The notes below the pieces were generated by a model. It was not told the origin of the DNA. It did not search any database and was given only the letters and a program-made list of their open reading frames with translations. A DNA stretch of 64,000 nucleotides from Chiloscyllium plagiosum (lineage: Eukaryota), in contig NC_057754.1 of NCBI RefSeq assembly GCF_004010195.1, positions 9,673,700-9,737,699 on the forward strand, read 5' to 3'. Made by a program: the position numbers and the translations under genes. Shown piece by piece: positions 24,431 through 36,890 of the stretch. Within the stretch, counting starts at the first letter, position 1. Each line of letters begins with the position of its first letter.

Positions 24431-24768
24431 GGGGCAGCAGGGTGACTCAGTGGTTAGCACTGCTGCCTCATTGCGCCAGGGACCCGGGTTCGATTCCAGC
24501 TCTCAGGCGACTGTGGGGAGTTTGCACATTCTCCCCATGTCTGTGCGAGTTTCCTCCAGGTCCTCCAGTTTCCTCCCACAATCCAAAAGATGTGTGGGTT
24601 AGGGTGGATTGGTTGTGCTAAATTGCCCATGGTGTTCTGGATGTGTAGGTTAGGTGCATCAATCAGGAGTAATAGGGTAGGGGAATGGGTCTGGGTGGGT
24701 GACTCTGCAGAGGGTCGGTGTGGACTTGATGGGCCGAAAGGCCTGTTTCCACACTGTAGGGATTCTAT
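24431..24768 (+). mobile_element. HE1-type V-SINE inserted in a CR1 3' fragment (~24200-24805)
   Basis: Full head, V-domain and tail. Confidence 0.88.
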
Positions 24769-24828
24769 TAAAAAACCTGGTCTATTTCCGTGCTGTGTGA
24801 CCCTTTAACCCCAACTTCTTTCCCTCAC

Positions 24829-24890
24829 TCCCAGTTTCCTCCCTCCCTTTCCTCTGCCTGGGCTTCAGTTCTCCAACTCCTGTCTACAGA
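24829..24890 (-). other. Putative 62-nt non-coding exon of ZNF-B
   Basis: Acceptor ttgtttctcAG (24891-92) and donor GTGAGG (24827-28) in unique sequence between SINEs. Confidence 0.45.
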
Positions 24891-24911
24891 CTGAGAAACA
24901 AATCAATTAAG

Positions 24912-25204
24912 GGTGGCACTGTGGCGAGCACTGCTGCCTCCCAGCATCAGGGTCCCAGGTTCGATTCCAGCCTTGGGTGACTGTGTGGAGTTTGTCCGTT
25001 TTCGTGTCTGTGTGGGTTTCCTCTGGGTGCTCCAGTTTCCTCCCACAGTCCAAAGATGCGCAGGTCAGGTGAATTGGCCATGCTATATTGCCCGTAGTGT
25101 TAGTCAGAGGGAAATGGGTTTGGGTGGGTTACTCTTTGGAGGGTCGGTGTGGACTGGTTGGGCCGAAGGGCCTGTTTCCACACTGTTGGGAATCTAATCT
25201 AATC
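24912..25204 (+). mobile_element. HE1-type V-SINE
   Basis: B-box ggttcgattcc, V-domain, (AATCT)n tail. Confidence 0.9.
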
Positions 25205-25399
25205 CTCGTTCTGGCAAGACTGTGCGAATTCCACCCAGTATCTCAGGGTTTCCCTCCCTGACCAGAGCCTCATTGATACCCTCACCCAACCCAATAGTGG
25301 GTTGACCGACCCTTCTCCCTCAGAGGATGGGGGGGGGTGGGGGAGGGGTCCATATCCCCAGCCAGGAAAACTGCCTGGCTGCACCACACAAAGCAATGC

Positions 25400-25750
25400 G
25401 TTTGCTGGAGATCTGGGTCAGAAGGTGCGGGAGAAATTCCGCCTCTGTGCAGAGAAAACCGCGTTAACGTTTACGACTGCAAGTGGTCCCCCTTGTTCAG
25501 CAAGCGCCCTGGGACACCCTGCAGAGCCAATGCAGCGCGTTTCCCTTACCCTGAGGCCAGATCCCCCGGCGGCGCCCTGGCTGATTGACGGCAGGTCCTG
25601 ATCAATCCGAAGGAGCGGGCTCACCCTGCAACCAATCGGGATGGAGCGGGGGCGGGAGCTTGGATCACGGCCATCGGCTCCAACGCCGCCTCAGTTTGGG
25701 AATCCGTGTCGAGACTTCAGGGGGGGAAAGCGAGCTCCATGTTCCTGGCT
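25400..25750 (-). promoter_or_regulatory. CpG-island promoter / first exon candidate of ZNF-B
   Basis: CpG-rich; CCAATC at ~25632, GGGGCGGG at ~25648; minus-strand donors AGG|GTAAGG (25548-49) and AGG|GTGAGC (25623-24). Confidence 0.75.
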
Positions 25751-25967
25751 TTAACCCTGTGAGGAACCAATGCACAAATCATTTCAAGGGTGGATGCAGG
25801 CAGAGATCATTGGAGGGAGTAACACAATGCAGGACCGAAAGGAATATTCAGTGTCATGGTTGGGGAACTGGGGGTTTGCAAACTGAAGGCTCTGGAACGG
25901 GAAGGATCCGTTGGGTCGGGTGGGGGGGGGTAAAAACGCCGAGCCCCAGGAAGCTCGGTGGAGAAGT

Positions 25968-26240
25968 TTGAGATTCCCTGCAGTGTGGAAACAGGTCATT
26001 CCAACAAGAGTAACCCACCCCAGACCCACTTCCCCCTGACTCATGCACCGACTGGGTAATTTAGCGTGGCCAATTCCTCCGCACCCGCGCATCTTTTGGA
26101 TTGTGGGAGGAAACCGGAGCAAACCCACACAGACACGGGGAGAGTGTGCAAACTCCAGACGAGCCAGTAGCGGGCGGCTGGAATCGAACCTGACCCCCTC
26201 CCCTGGCGATGTGAGGCAGCAGTTCCTCACCACAGTGTCC
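25968..26240 (-). mobile_element. HE1-type V-SINE
   Basis: Reverse-complement V-domain. Confidence 0.8.
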
Positions 26241-26304
26241 TGAGCCCAAGCATTTTAGCTGCTTCAGCAATGACCTTCCAGTGGAGACCAAGGGGTGACC
26301 TTAT

Positions 26305-26518
26305 AGAGCTGAAAATGTGTTGCTGGAAAAGCGCAGCAGGTCAGGCAGCATCCAGGGAACAGGAGAATCGACGTTTCGGGCATAAGCCCTTCTGAAGGGT
26401 TTATGCCAGAAACGTCGATTCTCCTGTTCCCTGGATGCTGCCTGACCTGCTGCGCTTTTCCAGCAACACATTTTCAGCTCTGATCTCCAGCATCTGCAGA
26501 CCTCACTTTCTCCTCAAA
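26305..26518 (+). mobile_element. Fold-back PLE derivative (family 1), 88-bp near-perfect hairpin
   Basis: Arms 26305-26392 and 26394-26481 (2 mismatches), ~37-nt tail, TSD GGTGACCTTAT (26294-26304, 26519-26529). Confidence 0.92.
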
Positions 26519-26558
26519 GGTGACCTTATGGAGGTTTGTAAAATCATGAGGGGCATGG

Positions 26559-26787
26559 ATAGATTAGATTAGATTCTCTACAGTGCGGACACAGGCCCTT
26601 CGGCCCAACCAGTCCACACCGACCCTCCAACAGTGACCCACCCAGACCAATCTCCCTCTGACTTATGCACCTAACATTATGGGCAATTTAGCATGGCCAA
26701 TTCACCTGACCTGCACGTCTTTGTGACTGTGGGAGGAAACCGGAGCACCCAGAGACATGAGGAGAATGTGTAAACTCCACACAGACA
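26559..26787 (-). mobile_element. HE1-type V-SINE, 5'-truncated
   Basis: (TAGAT)n tail and V-domain. Confidence 0.88.
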
Positions 26788-27112
26788 TGCTGTACATCTC
26801 TATCACTCTTCAGGGGTCTGTGAATAATTACCCCAAGATCCCTCTGTTCCTCGCAGCTACCCAGTCTCCTGCCATATTCCTGAATGTTTTCTCAAGTGCT
26901 CATCCAAATACTTTTTAAAGGATGTAAGGTTTCTGGTCTCCACTACCTTCCCAGGCTTTGTATTCCAAATTCCCACCACTCACTGAGTGAAAAGCTTCTT
27001 TTCCACATTCCCTCTGAATCTCCTGCTCCTTACCATAAAACTATGCCCTCTCGTTATTGACCCCTCAACCAAGGGGTCTCTATTCATTCTGTCCATACCC
27101 CTCATAATCTTG

Positions 27113-27759
27113 ATTTGGAAATGCCGGTGTTGCACTGGGGTGGAAAAAGTTAAAAATCAACTAGGTAAAAACAATGACTGCAGATGCTGGAAACCAGATT
27201 CTGGATTAGTGGTGCTGGAAGAGCACAGCAGTTCAGGCAGCATCCAAGGAGCTTCGAAATCGACGTTTCAGGCAAAAGCCCTTCATCAGGAATAAAGGCA
27301 GTGAGCCTGAAGCGTAGAGAGATCCACATTGATGCCCTGGGGTTGAAGTGTTCCGAGGCGGAAGATGAGGCGTTCTTCTTCCAGGCGTCTGGTGGTGAGG
27401 GAGCGGCGGTGGGGGAGGCCCAGGACCTCCATGTCCTCGGTAGAGTGGGAGGGGGAGTTGAAATGTTGGGCCACAGGGTGGTGTGGTTGATTGGTGCGGG
27501 TGTCTCGGAAATGTTCCCTAAAGCGCTCTGCTAGGAGGCGCCCAGTCTCCCCAATGTAGAGGAGACCGCATCGGGAGCAACGGATACAATAAATGATATT
27601 AGTGGATGTGCAAGTAAAACTTTGATGGATGTGGAAGGCTCCTTTAGGACCTTGGATAGAGGTGAGGGAGGAGAAAAAATCACACACCAGGTTACAGTCC
27701 AACAGTTTATTTGGAAGCACTAGCTTTCGGAGCGCTGCTCCTTCATCTGGTGGTTGTGG
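27113..27759 (-). mobile_element. Short family-2 PLE end (~130 bp) interrupted by a GIY-YIG Penelope fragment (27160-27674)
   Basis: Outer TSD CTCATAATCTTG (27101-27112, 27760-27771); inner TSD AAAAATCA (27152-59, 27675-82); IIYCIRCSRCGLLYIGETGRLLAERFREH GIY-YIG domain. Confidence 0.9.
27259..27292 (-). ncRNA. Minimal hammerhead ribozyme motif (family 1)
   Basis: CUGAUGA-A-GGGC(UUUU)GCCU-GAAA-CG-UC. Confidence 0.7.
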
Positions 27760-28238
27760 CTCATAATCTTGCATACCTCAAACATGTTCCCCCTCAGTCT
27801 TCGCTGTTCTAAAGAAAAAGAAGCTGAGCCTTTCTAGTCGTTACTGGTAGCTCAATTTCTCCATCCCAGGCAACATCCTAGTGAAGCTCTTCTATTTGAC
27901 TCGAGTGCTAGCGCATCCTTCCTGGAGTGAAGTGGGCAGAACTGCACATAGTACTCCAGCTGTGGCCTAACCAACGCTCTGTACAACTTCAACATTACCT
28001 CCTTGCTTTTATACTCTATGTCACGACAAATGAAAGCAAGTCTCCCATATGCCTTCTTAACTATCCTATTTGCATGCTCTGCCGACTTCAGGGATCTGTG
28101 AATAGTTACCCCAAGATCTCTCTGTTCCTCTTAGCTACCCAGTGTCCTGCAATTCGTTAATACTCCCTCATCTTGTTTCTTCTTCCAAAGTGCATCACCT
28201 CACACTTATCTGGGTTAAGTACCATCCACCATTGGTCT

Positions 28239-28478
28239 CGATCGAGATTGTGGTGCTGGAAAAGCACAGCAGGTCAGGCTACATCCGAGGAGCACAGAAT
28301 CGATGTTTTGGACATCGGCCCTTCATCAGGAAAGAGCTTTTCTCTTTCCTGATGAAGAGCTTATACCCGAATCGTCGACTCTCCTGCTCCTGGGATACTG
28401 TCTGACCTGCTGTGCTTTTCCAGCATCACACTCTTGAGTCTGATCTCCAGCATCTGCAGTCCTCACTTTCTCTTACTG
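28239..28478 (+). mobile_element. Fold-back PLE derivative (family 1) with two opposed degenerate hammerheads
   Basis: Inverted arms around ~28340; TSD CCATTGGTCT (28229-38, 28479-88). Confidence 0.88.
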
Positions 28479-29289
28479 CCATTGGTCTACCCAACTGATC
28501 AAGCCATCTGTATCTTCCTACAACCTCCATGCATTTCCCTCGTCAGTAACCACTCTACCAATTTTGGTGTCATCTGCAATTTTGCCAACCACTTCCTCCA
28601 CATTTTCATCGGTATCATTTATGTATATAACAATCAATAACAGCCTCAGTCTTGGTTCTGTGGGACACCACTGGACACCAGCCTCCAGTCACTTGAACAG
28701 CTTTCTACCACTATCCTTTGTGTCCTATTACTGAGCCAGTTTCTGATCCAACTCGCCAGGTTTCCCTCAATTCCATGTGCTTTATCCTTCTCGATCAGTC
28801 TCCCCAGTGGGACTTTGTCAAAAGCTTCGCTAAAATCTATATTAACTACATCTGAACTAAACTCCCCTCATCCACACACTTGAACACATTTTCAAAAAAT
28901 TCTAACAAATTTGTTCGGCATGTCCTCCCTCTGACAAAGCTATGCTGACAATCTTTAATTAACCCATTCCTTTCCAAGCGGGTATTAATTCACTCCTTCA
29001 GAATATGCTCCACTAGTTTCCCTCCCATTGACATGAGACACACCGGTCTCTAATTTCTTGGTTCATTCCTATCATCCTTCTTAGCCATCCTCCAATCCTC
29101 TGGCACCTCCCCTGTGGCCAGAGAGGAATTAAAAATTGAAAATTAAAAATCAGAGCCCCTGCCTCACTTTCCACAGCAGCCTGGGGATGCAATTCACCCA
29201 GATTAGGGCATTTGTCCCTTTCTAAGCCCTACAGAATCTCCAACACCTCCCCATTTCATATGGTGGGGAGGAGGGATAAGGAAACTGAT

Positions 29290-29520
29290 GAACCCCCTCC
29301 TGCATCTCCCTGTCGCCTTCCCAGCCACTTTCCCCCCTCCACCCGCACCCCTCTATTTATCTCTCAGCTCCCATTCCCCCTCCCCCACATTCCTGATGAA
29401 GGGCTTATGCCTGAAATGTCGATTCTCCTGCTCCTTGGATGCTGCCTGACCTGCTGTGCTTTGCCAGCAACACACTTTTTGACTCTGATATTCCAGCACC
29501 TGCAGTCAGCATTTTCTCTC
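29290..29520 (+). mobile_element. PLE 3' end with hammerhead motif (29393-29420)
   Basis: Pyrimidine-rich tract, then CUGAUGA-A-GGGC(UUAU)GCCU-GAAA-UG-UC and the family-1 tail. Confidence 0.8.
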
Positions 29521-30067
29521 TGTGAAAGTTCCTCACAGACCCTTTTCCTGAATTCCATACCTCTTCCAGAGTGAAGACCGAAGGGAAGTGTTCATTTAAT
29601 AATCCTTCCAATGTCCGTAGCTTCACACACTGGTTGCCCCCTTGGTTTCTAATGGGCCCAGCTCTTACCTGGTTGACCACGTCCCTTTAATATATTTATA
29701 AAATATCTAGGATTCTCCATAATCCTGTTTGCAAGTCCCTTTTTGCTTTTCCAATTGCTGATCAAAATCCCTCTTGCACTTCCCATATTCCTGGAGGGCT
29801 GAATTGCTCCCTTTGGACTTGCTTTTCTCTTGTTCCTCACCCAGTCCCAAATTGTTGTCAACATCTAGGATTTTCTGAACGCATTGCTCCTACATTTCCC
29901 TCGAAAGGGTACATGTTGGACCTGAACCCCCGCCCCCGTACTCCTTTTCCTGAATTGCCTCCTGCCACTGCTCCATTGCAGACTCACCCGCAAGGAGCTG
30001 TTCCCACTCAACAGTGACCAGACCCTGCTTTACTTCAATAATCCTTTTATCCTGTCCTGAAGAAAGG

Positions 30068-30299
30068 TTTAGATTAGATTAGATTCCCTACAGTGCGGAA
30101 ACAGGCCCTCCGGCCCAACCAGTCCACACTGACCCTCCGAAGAGTAACCCACCCAGACCCATATCCCTCTGACGAATGCAGCTAACACTACGGGCAATTT
30201 AGCACGGCCAATTCACCTGACCGGCACATCTTTGGACTGTGGGAGAAAACCGGAGCACCCGGAGGAAACCCACGCAGACACGGGGAGAATGTGCAAACT
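30068..30299 (-). mobile_element. HE1-type V-SINE, 5'-truncated, inside a PLE end
   Basis: (TTAGA)n tail, V-domain. Confidence 0.88.
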
Positions 30300-30617
30300 C
30301 TTACGCCCTGAAATGTCGACTTCTCCACCTCCTGATGCTGCCTGGCCTGCTGTGTCTTTCCAGCCTCCTGCCTGTTTACTTCCCCTTATCCAAAGCCATC
30401 TTTTGCAGGCCATCTTTATTCTTGTCCAGCACAAATTTGAACCACACCATGTTGTGCCAGCTATCGCTTAGATGTTCTCCCACTGCCACATCAAACATTT
30501 GTCCGGCATCTTTCCCCACAACCAGATCCAGCCCCTTGCTGGGCCTTCAACATGTTAATACAAAAATTCTCCTGGATACGTTTCAAGAAATCCACCCCCC
30601 TCTCAACCCTTAATACT

Positions 30618-30966
30618 AGGGGGCAGTGACGGCCTAGTGAATCTGTGAATCCAGAGACTCAGGTGATGTTTTTGGGGACCTGGGTTTGAATCCTACCACG
30701 GCCAATGGTGGAATTTGAATTAAATAAAAATCTGGAATTAAGAGTCTCATAATGACCGTGAATCCATTGTCAATTGTCAGGAAAAACCCATCTCGGTCAG
30801 TAATGTCCTTTAGGGAAGGAAACTGCCATCCTTACCTGGTCTGGACTACATGTGACTCCAGACCCACAGCAACGTGGTTGACACTTAACTGCCCTCTGGG
30901 CAATTAAAAATAGGCAATAAATGCAGGCCTAGCCAGTAATGCCCACATCCTATGAATGAATTAAAA
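30618..30966 (+). mobile_element. tRNA-derived SINE of a second (non-HE1) family
   Basis: ggcctagtg A-box, gggtttgaatcc B-box, aaaacccatct..gtcctttagggaaggaaa core, (GAAT)n tail; related copies at ~41890-42185 and ~12440-12540. Confidence 0.8.
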
Positions 30967-31403
30967 GAACGATGATTATCTCAATGTATGTTGGGAAATT
31001 TGAAATCCCTCGTATAATTCCCTGATTGTTACCCTTACACCTCTTTGTGAACTATCTGTACATTTGCTCCTCTATTTCCTGCTGACACTTTGATAATAAA
31101 CTCCCAGTAAAATGGCTGCCCTCTTAACATTCCAAATTTCGACATACAAAACCTCATTTGAGGTCCCTTCCGAGAGATCATCTTTCCTTATTGCACTAAT
31201 TGGCTTATTAATCAATAATGCTCGCCTAAAGATCCTACATCCAGTAATGTTGAGTTCCCAGTTCAGCCTTTTTCTCAACCATGTTTCTGTGAATGATCCA
31301 CACTATTAATTCATCAGTTTTACCTGTTACGTTTATAGCATTAAAGTAAAGCCTATCCAGTTTTGCCTTAATCTCTTGACACTCAACATAGCTGAACTCT
31401 GAC

Positions 31404-31662
31404 AGAATCCCTACAGCGTGGAAGCAGGCCATTCAGCCCACCCTGATCTTTGAACAGCATCCTACCTCTTCTGCCCTATCCTTGCAACCCCACAATAGCC
31501 ACCTAGCCTGCACACTATGGCCAATCCACCTAACCTGCACATTTTTGGATTGGGGGAGAAAACCAGAGTATCTAAAGAGACTGTCACCCAAGGCTGTAAT
31601 GAAACCCGGGTCCCTGGTTCTGTGAGGCAGTGGTGCTAACCACTGAGCCACCATACCACCCC
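31404..31662 (-). mobile_element. HE1-type V-SINE
   Basis: Head and tail recognisable, internal deletion. Confidence 0.8.
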
Positions 31663-32959
31663 TTTTCTTCCTTTGCGTATTGATACTCTGTGTCCCCTTC
31701 CCCTGCCAGACTTGTTTGAACTCCTCCCAACAGCACAAGCAAACCTACCTGTTCGTCTCACTTGTACATGTCCCACCTTCCCCAAAAACAGTAGCAGTGA
31801 TCCAGCAACCTAAAACCCTCCCTCTGGCACCAACTCTTCAGGCACGCATTCATCTGCTCTATTTTCCTATTTCTATACTCACTAACACGTGGCACTGGGA
31901 CGAATCCAGAGATTACAACCACTGAGGTTCTGCTTTTTAATCTGGTGCTTGGCTCCTTGAATTCTTGATGCAAGACCTCATACCTTCCTTTGTCCAAGTC
32001 GCCCATACCAACATGTACTATGACTTCTAACTCATCAACCTCCCCTTTCAGGATGCCCTTCAGCTGTTCAGTGACATCCCTGACCCTGGCACTAGGGAAA
32101 CAACACTATCCTCAAGTCATATCATCAGCTGCAGATACGCAGGTCTGCTCCCCTGACTAAAGGATCCCCTATTACTATTTCACCTTCCTTGCTTCTTCAT
32201 CCTCCCCTGTACAGTCAAGCCACTCGCGGTGCCAGGAGCTTAGATCTAACTGCATTCCTCTGAGGTACCAGCACCCTCATCAGCCTTGCGCACTCCTGCA
32301 GTACCCGCCTGTTCTTTCTGGGTTGGCTGGTGGTCACCCATCCTTTCTTTCCTCTAAGTGCCATCTTAGCCTTGTGGATGTACTGCAATGTCTTTCACCA
32401 TTGCTCAACCTCTGACACCCGGAGCTCCAGTTTCTGCAGCTGCAGTTTCCTGCAAATGTGGTCATCCATGACACTGGCAGCATCCAAGACACCCCACATG
32501 TGACACGTTAGACATTCTGCTTGGCTGGCCTCACCTGACATCTCTTAAATTTACAATTAATGCCTTAGACTAGAATTATTAGACTTACTTTGTTCGATTC
32601 CCCACTCTATCACTATGGTTATGAAAAGGTTACCTAACTATGATTCCACTGCTTTAAATCTGTATGATAAGAAAGGGTTAACCAGTAATTGTCAGGCGCC
32701 CAGAACTCACTGAATCGGAGCATTGCTCATCTTTTGAAACTCTATGATATGAACAGGAGCTGCACTTTTCATATACTGCACACATTTAATTATAGCACCC
32801 TCAGTTCTGCATTGACCACCTCCCTTCATCATATTTGTCCTCTGATGTGCCTGAAATTATAGACATGGAATCCCTACATTTCAGAAAGGGGCTATGCAGC
32901 CCATTGAGTCCAAAGCGACCCTCCGAAGAGTATGCCACTTAAATCAGCCGCTTGTGGTT

Positions 32960-33648
32960 TCTCTGCAGCTTACTGGTTACTGTGTACTCATCTCCCAGCT
33001 GCTTCTGCTGCTCTGAGATAAGTGCCCTGTAAAATCTAGGCCCGAATCCACACAATGGTAGATATACAGGCTTACCAGTTACTGTGTTCTTCCCCACCTC
33101 CCAGCTGCTGCTGCTGCTCCAGGATAGGTGTCCTGTAAAGACTAGGCCCGAATCCGCACCACACTACATTTATAGCCTTATCAGTTAATATGTTCCTCCC
33201 AGCTGCTGTTGGTCCATCCTAAGTGCCCTGTAAAGACTAGGCCCGAATCCACACAGTGCTAGATTTTACAGGCCTATTAGTTACTGTGTCTCTACCTCTC
33301 GGCTGCTGCTGCTGCCCTGAGATAAGTGCCCTGTAAAGACTAGGCCTGAAACCACACCGTGCTACATTGATAGCCTTACCAGTTAATATGTCCTTCCCTG
33401 CCTCCCAACTGCTGTTGCTCCAAGCTGAGTGCCCTGTAAAGACTGGGCCCAAATCCACACAGTGCTAGATTTATAGGCTTACTAGTTACTGTGTCTCTAC
33501 CTCCCGGCTGCTGCTGCTGTCCTGAGCTAAGTGCCCTGTAAAGACTAGGCCTGAATCTGCACCGCATTGCATTTATAGCCTGACTGGTTAATATGTCCCT
33601 CCCTGCTTCCCAGCTGCTGTTGCTCCAAGCTAAGTGCCCTGTAAAGGC
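32960..33648. repeat. ~103-bp tandem repeat, about 6.5 units, alternating A/B subtypes
   Basis: GTGCCCTGTAAAGACTAGGCC starts at 33022, 33128, 33223, 33326, 33429, 33532, 33634. Confidence 0.9.
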
Positions 33649-33649
33649 T

Positions 33650-35820
33650 ATTTCTAAATTTCTCTCATCTCTGTTCTGAAGTGTCTTCCCTTTGCTCTGA
33701 GGCTGTGCCATCGGGTCCTAGTCTCGCCTACAAGCGGAAGCATCTTTTTCACTTCCACTTGAGCCAGGCCTCTCACTATTCTTTTAGTTTTCAATGAAGT
33801 GCCCACTCCACCTCACCCAACATGACTAAACTCCTTTCTGTACAGACCCAGATTCCTCAACTGCACCTTATACGACAAGCCCCTCATTGCTGGAATCATT
33901 CTTATGTACCTCGTCTGGAACCCCTCCAAGGCCAGCACATCCTTCCCTAGATACAGGGCTCAAAACTGCTCAGAATATTCCAAATACAGTCTGACTAGAG
34001 ACTCATATAGCCTCAGCAGTACATCCCTGCTCTTGTATTCTAGCCCTCTAAAAATTAATTGCATTTCTAACTGCCAACTAAACCTGTGTGTTAATCTTAA
34101 GATAATCATGAATGAGGACTCCTAATTCTCTTTGTACTTCAGATTTCCAAGCCTTTCTCCACTTAGAAAATAGTCTATGCCTCTATCCTTCCCACTAAAC
34201 CTCACACTTGCCCATATTTCACCTGCCACTTCTTTGCCCACTCTACAGTCTGTCCAAGTCTTTTTGCAGTCCCCCGCTTCCTCAACGCTACTTGTATCTC
34301 CATCTATCTTTGTGTCACCTGCAAACTTCGCAACAATGCCCTCAGTTCCTTCGTCTAGATCATTAATGTAAAACATGCATAATTATGGTCCAACGCGACT
34401 CCCTGCAGAACTTCACTAGTCATAGTTGCCAACCTGGAAAAAAAACCTTTATTCCCACTCTCTGCCTTCTGCCACTCAGCCAATCCTCTATCCACACCAA
34501 TACCTTGCTTTATTTCACAGCATCCTGCCTTGCCAAGACCTTCTGGAGAAACAAATCAATGACGTTCATTAACTTTCCTTTGTCTAATTTGCTCGTCACC
34601 TCCTGAAAGAATTCGAAAAGATTTGTTGTTTTATCAGGTGCTATCAAGTAGTCTGCAACCTCATCCGTAAAAATAGATTCTTAAATCTCCCCAATGACTG
34701 AGGTCAGGCTAACGAGCCTATAATCTCTCGTCTTTTGACCCCTCCCTTCTTAAAGTGATGTTATATTAGTCATTTCCCAATCACTGGGATCCTCCCTGGC
34801 TCCAATGCCTGGACAATATCCTCAGCTATCTCCTTCAAACTCGAGGGACTAATCCATCCAGTTTTATCCACCTTCAGACCTTTCAGCTTCCCCATCACCT
34901 TCTATTTAATGATGGCCACTACACATACTTCTGCTCCCTAACTCTCTTGAAGTTCTGATGTGCTACTAGTATCTTCCACCATGAAGACTGATGCAAAGTA
35001 TCTTTTCAGTTCCTCAGCCATTTCTTTCTTTCCCCATTACTACTTCTACAGTTTCATTTTCCAGTGGTTCAATGTCCTCTCTTGCCTGTCTTACCTTTTA
35101 TAGATCCAAAAAAGTCCTTGCAATCTTCTTTTATATTACTAGCTGGCTCATCCTCACATTTCATCTTGTTCCCTGTTATTGCTTTTTTAGTCGCCCTCTG
35201 CTGGTTTTGAAAGGTTTCCCAATCCTTTGGCTTCCCAGTAAATGTCACCATATTGCATTCTTTCTCTTTTATGCTGTTCCTGACTTCCCTGATCAGCCAT
35301 GGTTGCCTTGTCCTCTCCTCAGTATGTTTCTTCTTGCTCGGGATAAATCTCTGCTGTGCATTCTGAACTACCCCCAGAAACCCCTGCCATTGCTGCTCCA
35401 TCATCTTCCCTCCTCGGCTCCTTTTCCAATCAATTCTGGCCAGTTCCTCCTTCATATCATTGGAGTTATCTTTACTTAATTGTAGTACTGTTATACCTGA
35501 TTCCAGTTTCTCCCCCTCAAACTGCAGGGCGAATGCTACCATCCTGTGGTCATAGGGGTTCCTTCACAAAATTTAACGCTCACAAGTTCTATGCCTCCTA
35601 ACCCTTTGTCACTTCTTGCTATTGATTTAAATTCATTTCTTACTAACAAGGGAACTTCACCCCCTCTACCCATCCTTTTGAATATTTAGTTCTGAATCTG
35701 AACCCCTGGCAGTCACAGCTCGCTGATGCCCATCCTATTGTACCTGCCAATTTCAATCTGTGCAACACCTTGTTTCATTTACTGCATGTATTTAAGTACA
35801 ACTCAGTTCTGCTTTGACCT
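33650..35820 (-). mobile_element. CR1 LINE, decayed
   Basis: YINDLDEGTEGIVAKFAGDTK; QQWQGFL..AQQRFIP..QPWLIRE tether region. Confidence 0.88.
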
Positions 35821-35874
35821 TCAGGTACTTGTAGAATCCCTTTGGATTCTCCTTTACCTTAACTGGTAAAGCTT

Positions 35875-36890
35875 AGGTACCCATGAGGATGGGACCTTGG
35901 GTTCATGTCACACTACAGGTGACCCCACTACACTATACATTCTCTCACACACACACTCTTACTTACTCACACACTCATGCAGGCTCTCTCTCATACACAC
36001 ATACACACCCCATTCTCACATCCTCTTCCAGGCTTATACCCCATCACACTCACACACAAATACACACTCTGACATGTACTCTCTCTTTCTCTCTCTCCTG
36101 CACACGGACACACATATAAGTCTATGGGGTGGATTTGTATTTGCAGAATTATATTTTGCTTAAAAAGTACACAATTGTTAGGTAGTCAATGCAGACAGTT
36201 AATCCATATAATATTTTATAAATTCCACTTTGAAAACAGACCCAGTCTGAGTCAAGATTGGGATACAGACAGACTCTGACCTCACACCTTTAAGGCATTG
36301 TCTGAGCTGAAATGTCACCTTTTTTTTAATATGAAAAGTTAACTTAGTCACTGGGATCTTCCCTGGCCCCAGTGATTCCTGAAAGATTACCACCAATGCC
36401 TGGACAATCTCCTCAGCTATCTCCTTTCGAACTCTAGGGTCTAATCCATCCAGTTTGGGTGATTTATCCACCTTCAAACCTTTCAGCTTCCCCATCACTT
36501 TCTACTTAATGAAATGTAGAAGCAGTTGGGATTCAAGTGAATTCCTTGAGGAAGATGGAGGGTGTTGGACTATACCTAAGAGAGAAAAGAGCTAAAAGGC
36601 AACACGCGCTGAATTTGGCAGATAGCTTATCTTGAGAATGAGGCTTAAAAGTAGTTCTGGGATTTACATATTAAGGAACCAAAATCTGTCACTCATTCTA
36701 AAAGATGAAAGACTTAACAACAATCAAGGTTTGTTAAATATATCATTTTACTTGCACAACACTACAATCTTGTTGTGATAAATTCTGTGTCTTATGGTCC
36801 TGCTCCACAATCACCTGAAGGAGCAGCGCTCAGAAAGCTAGTGCTTCCAAATAAACCCGGTCTATAACCCGGTGTTGTGTGATTTTTAAC
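35875..36890 (+). mobile_element. Family-2 PLE derivative with (CA)n tract, split by a templated insertion
   Basis: Reverse complement of 44732-45400; degenerate hammerhead at ~36814-36843. Confidence 0.7.

Larger units (their letters stand above)
26790..33650 (-). mobile_element. Near full-length decayed CR1 LINE (5'UTR repeats, ORF1 SGNH esterase, APE, RT), hosting many younger insertions
   Basis: ORF1 VVISGFVPVP..RNRKIEQMNACLKSWCQREGFRLLDH (31758-32006); APE LYFNA..KTDEL, LGVYY (31072-31380); RT remnants at 28500-29100. Confidence 0.8.

Noticed and set aside
32960-33648. CRISPR-like repeat/spacer appearance (also 51636-52320)
   Set aside because: Spacers are homologous to each other, the context is eukaryotic and no cas genes are present; these are ordinary tandem repeats
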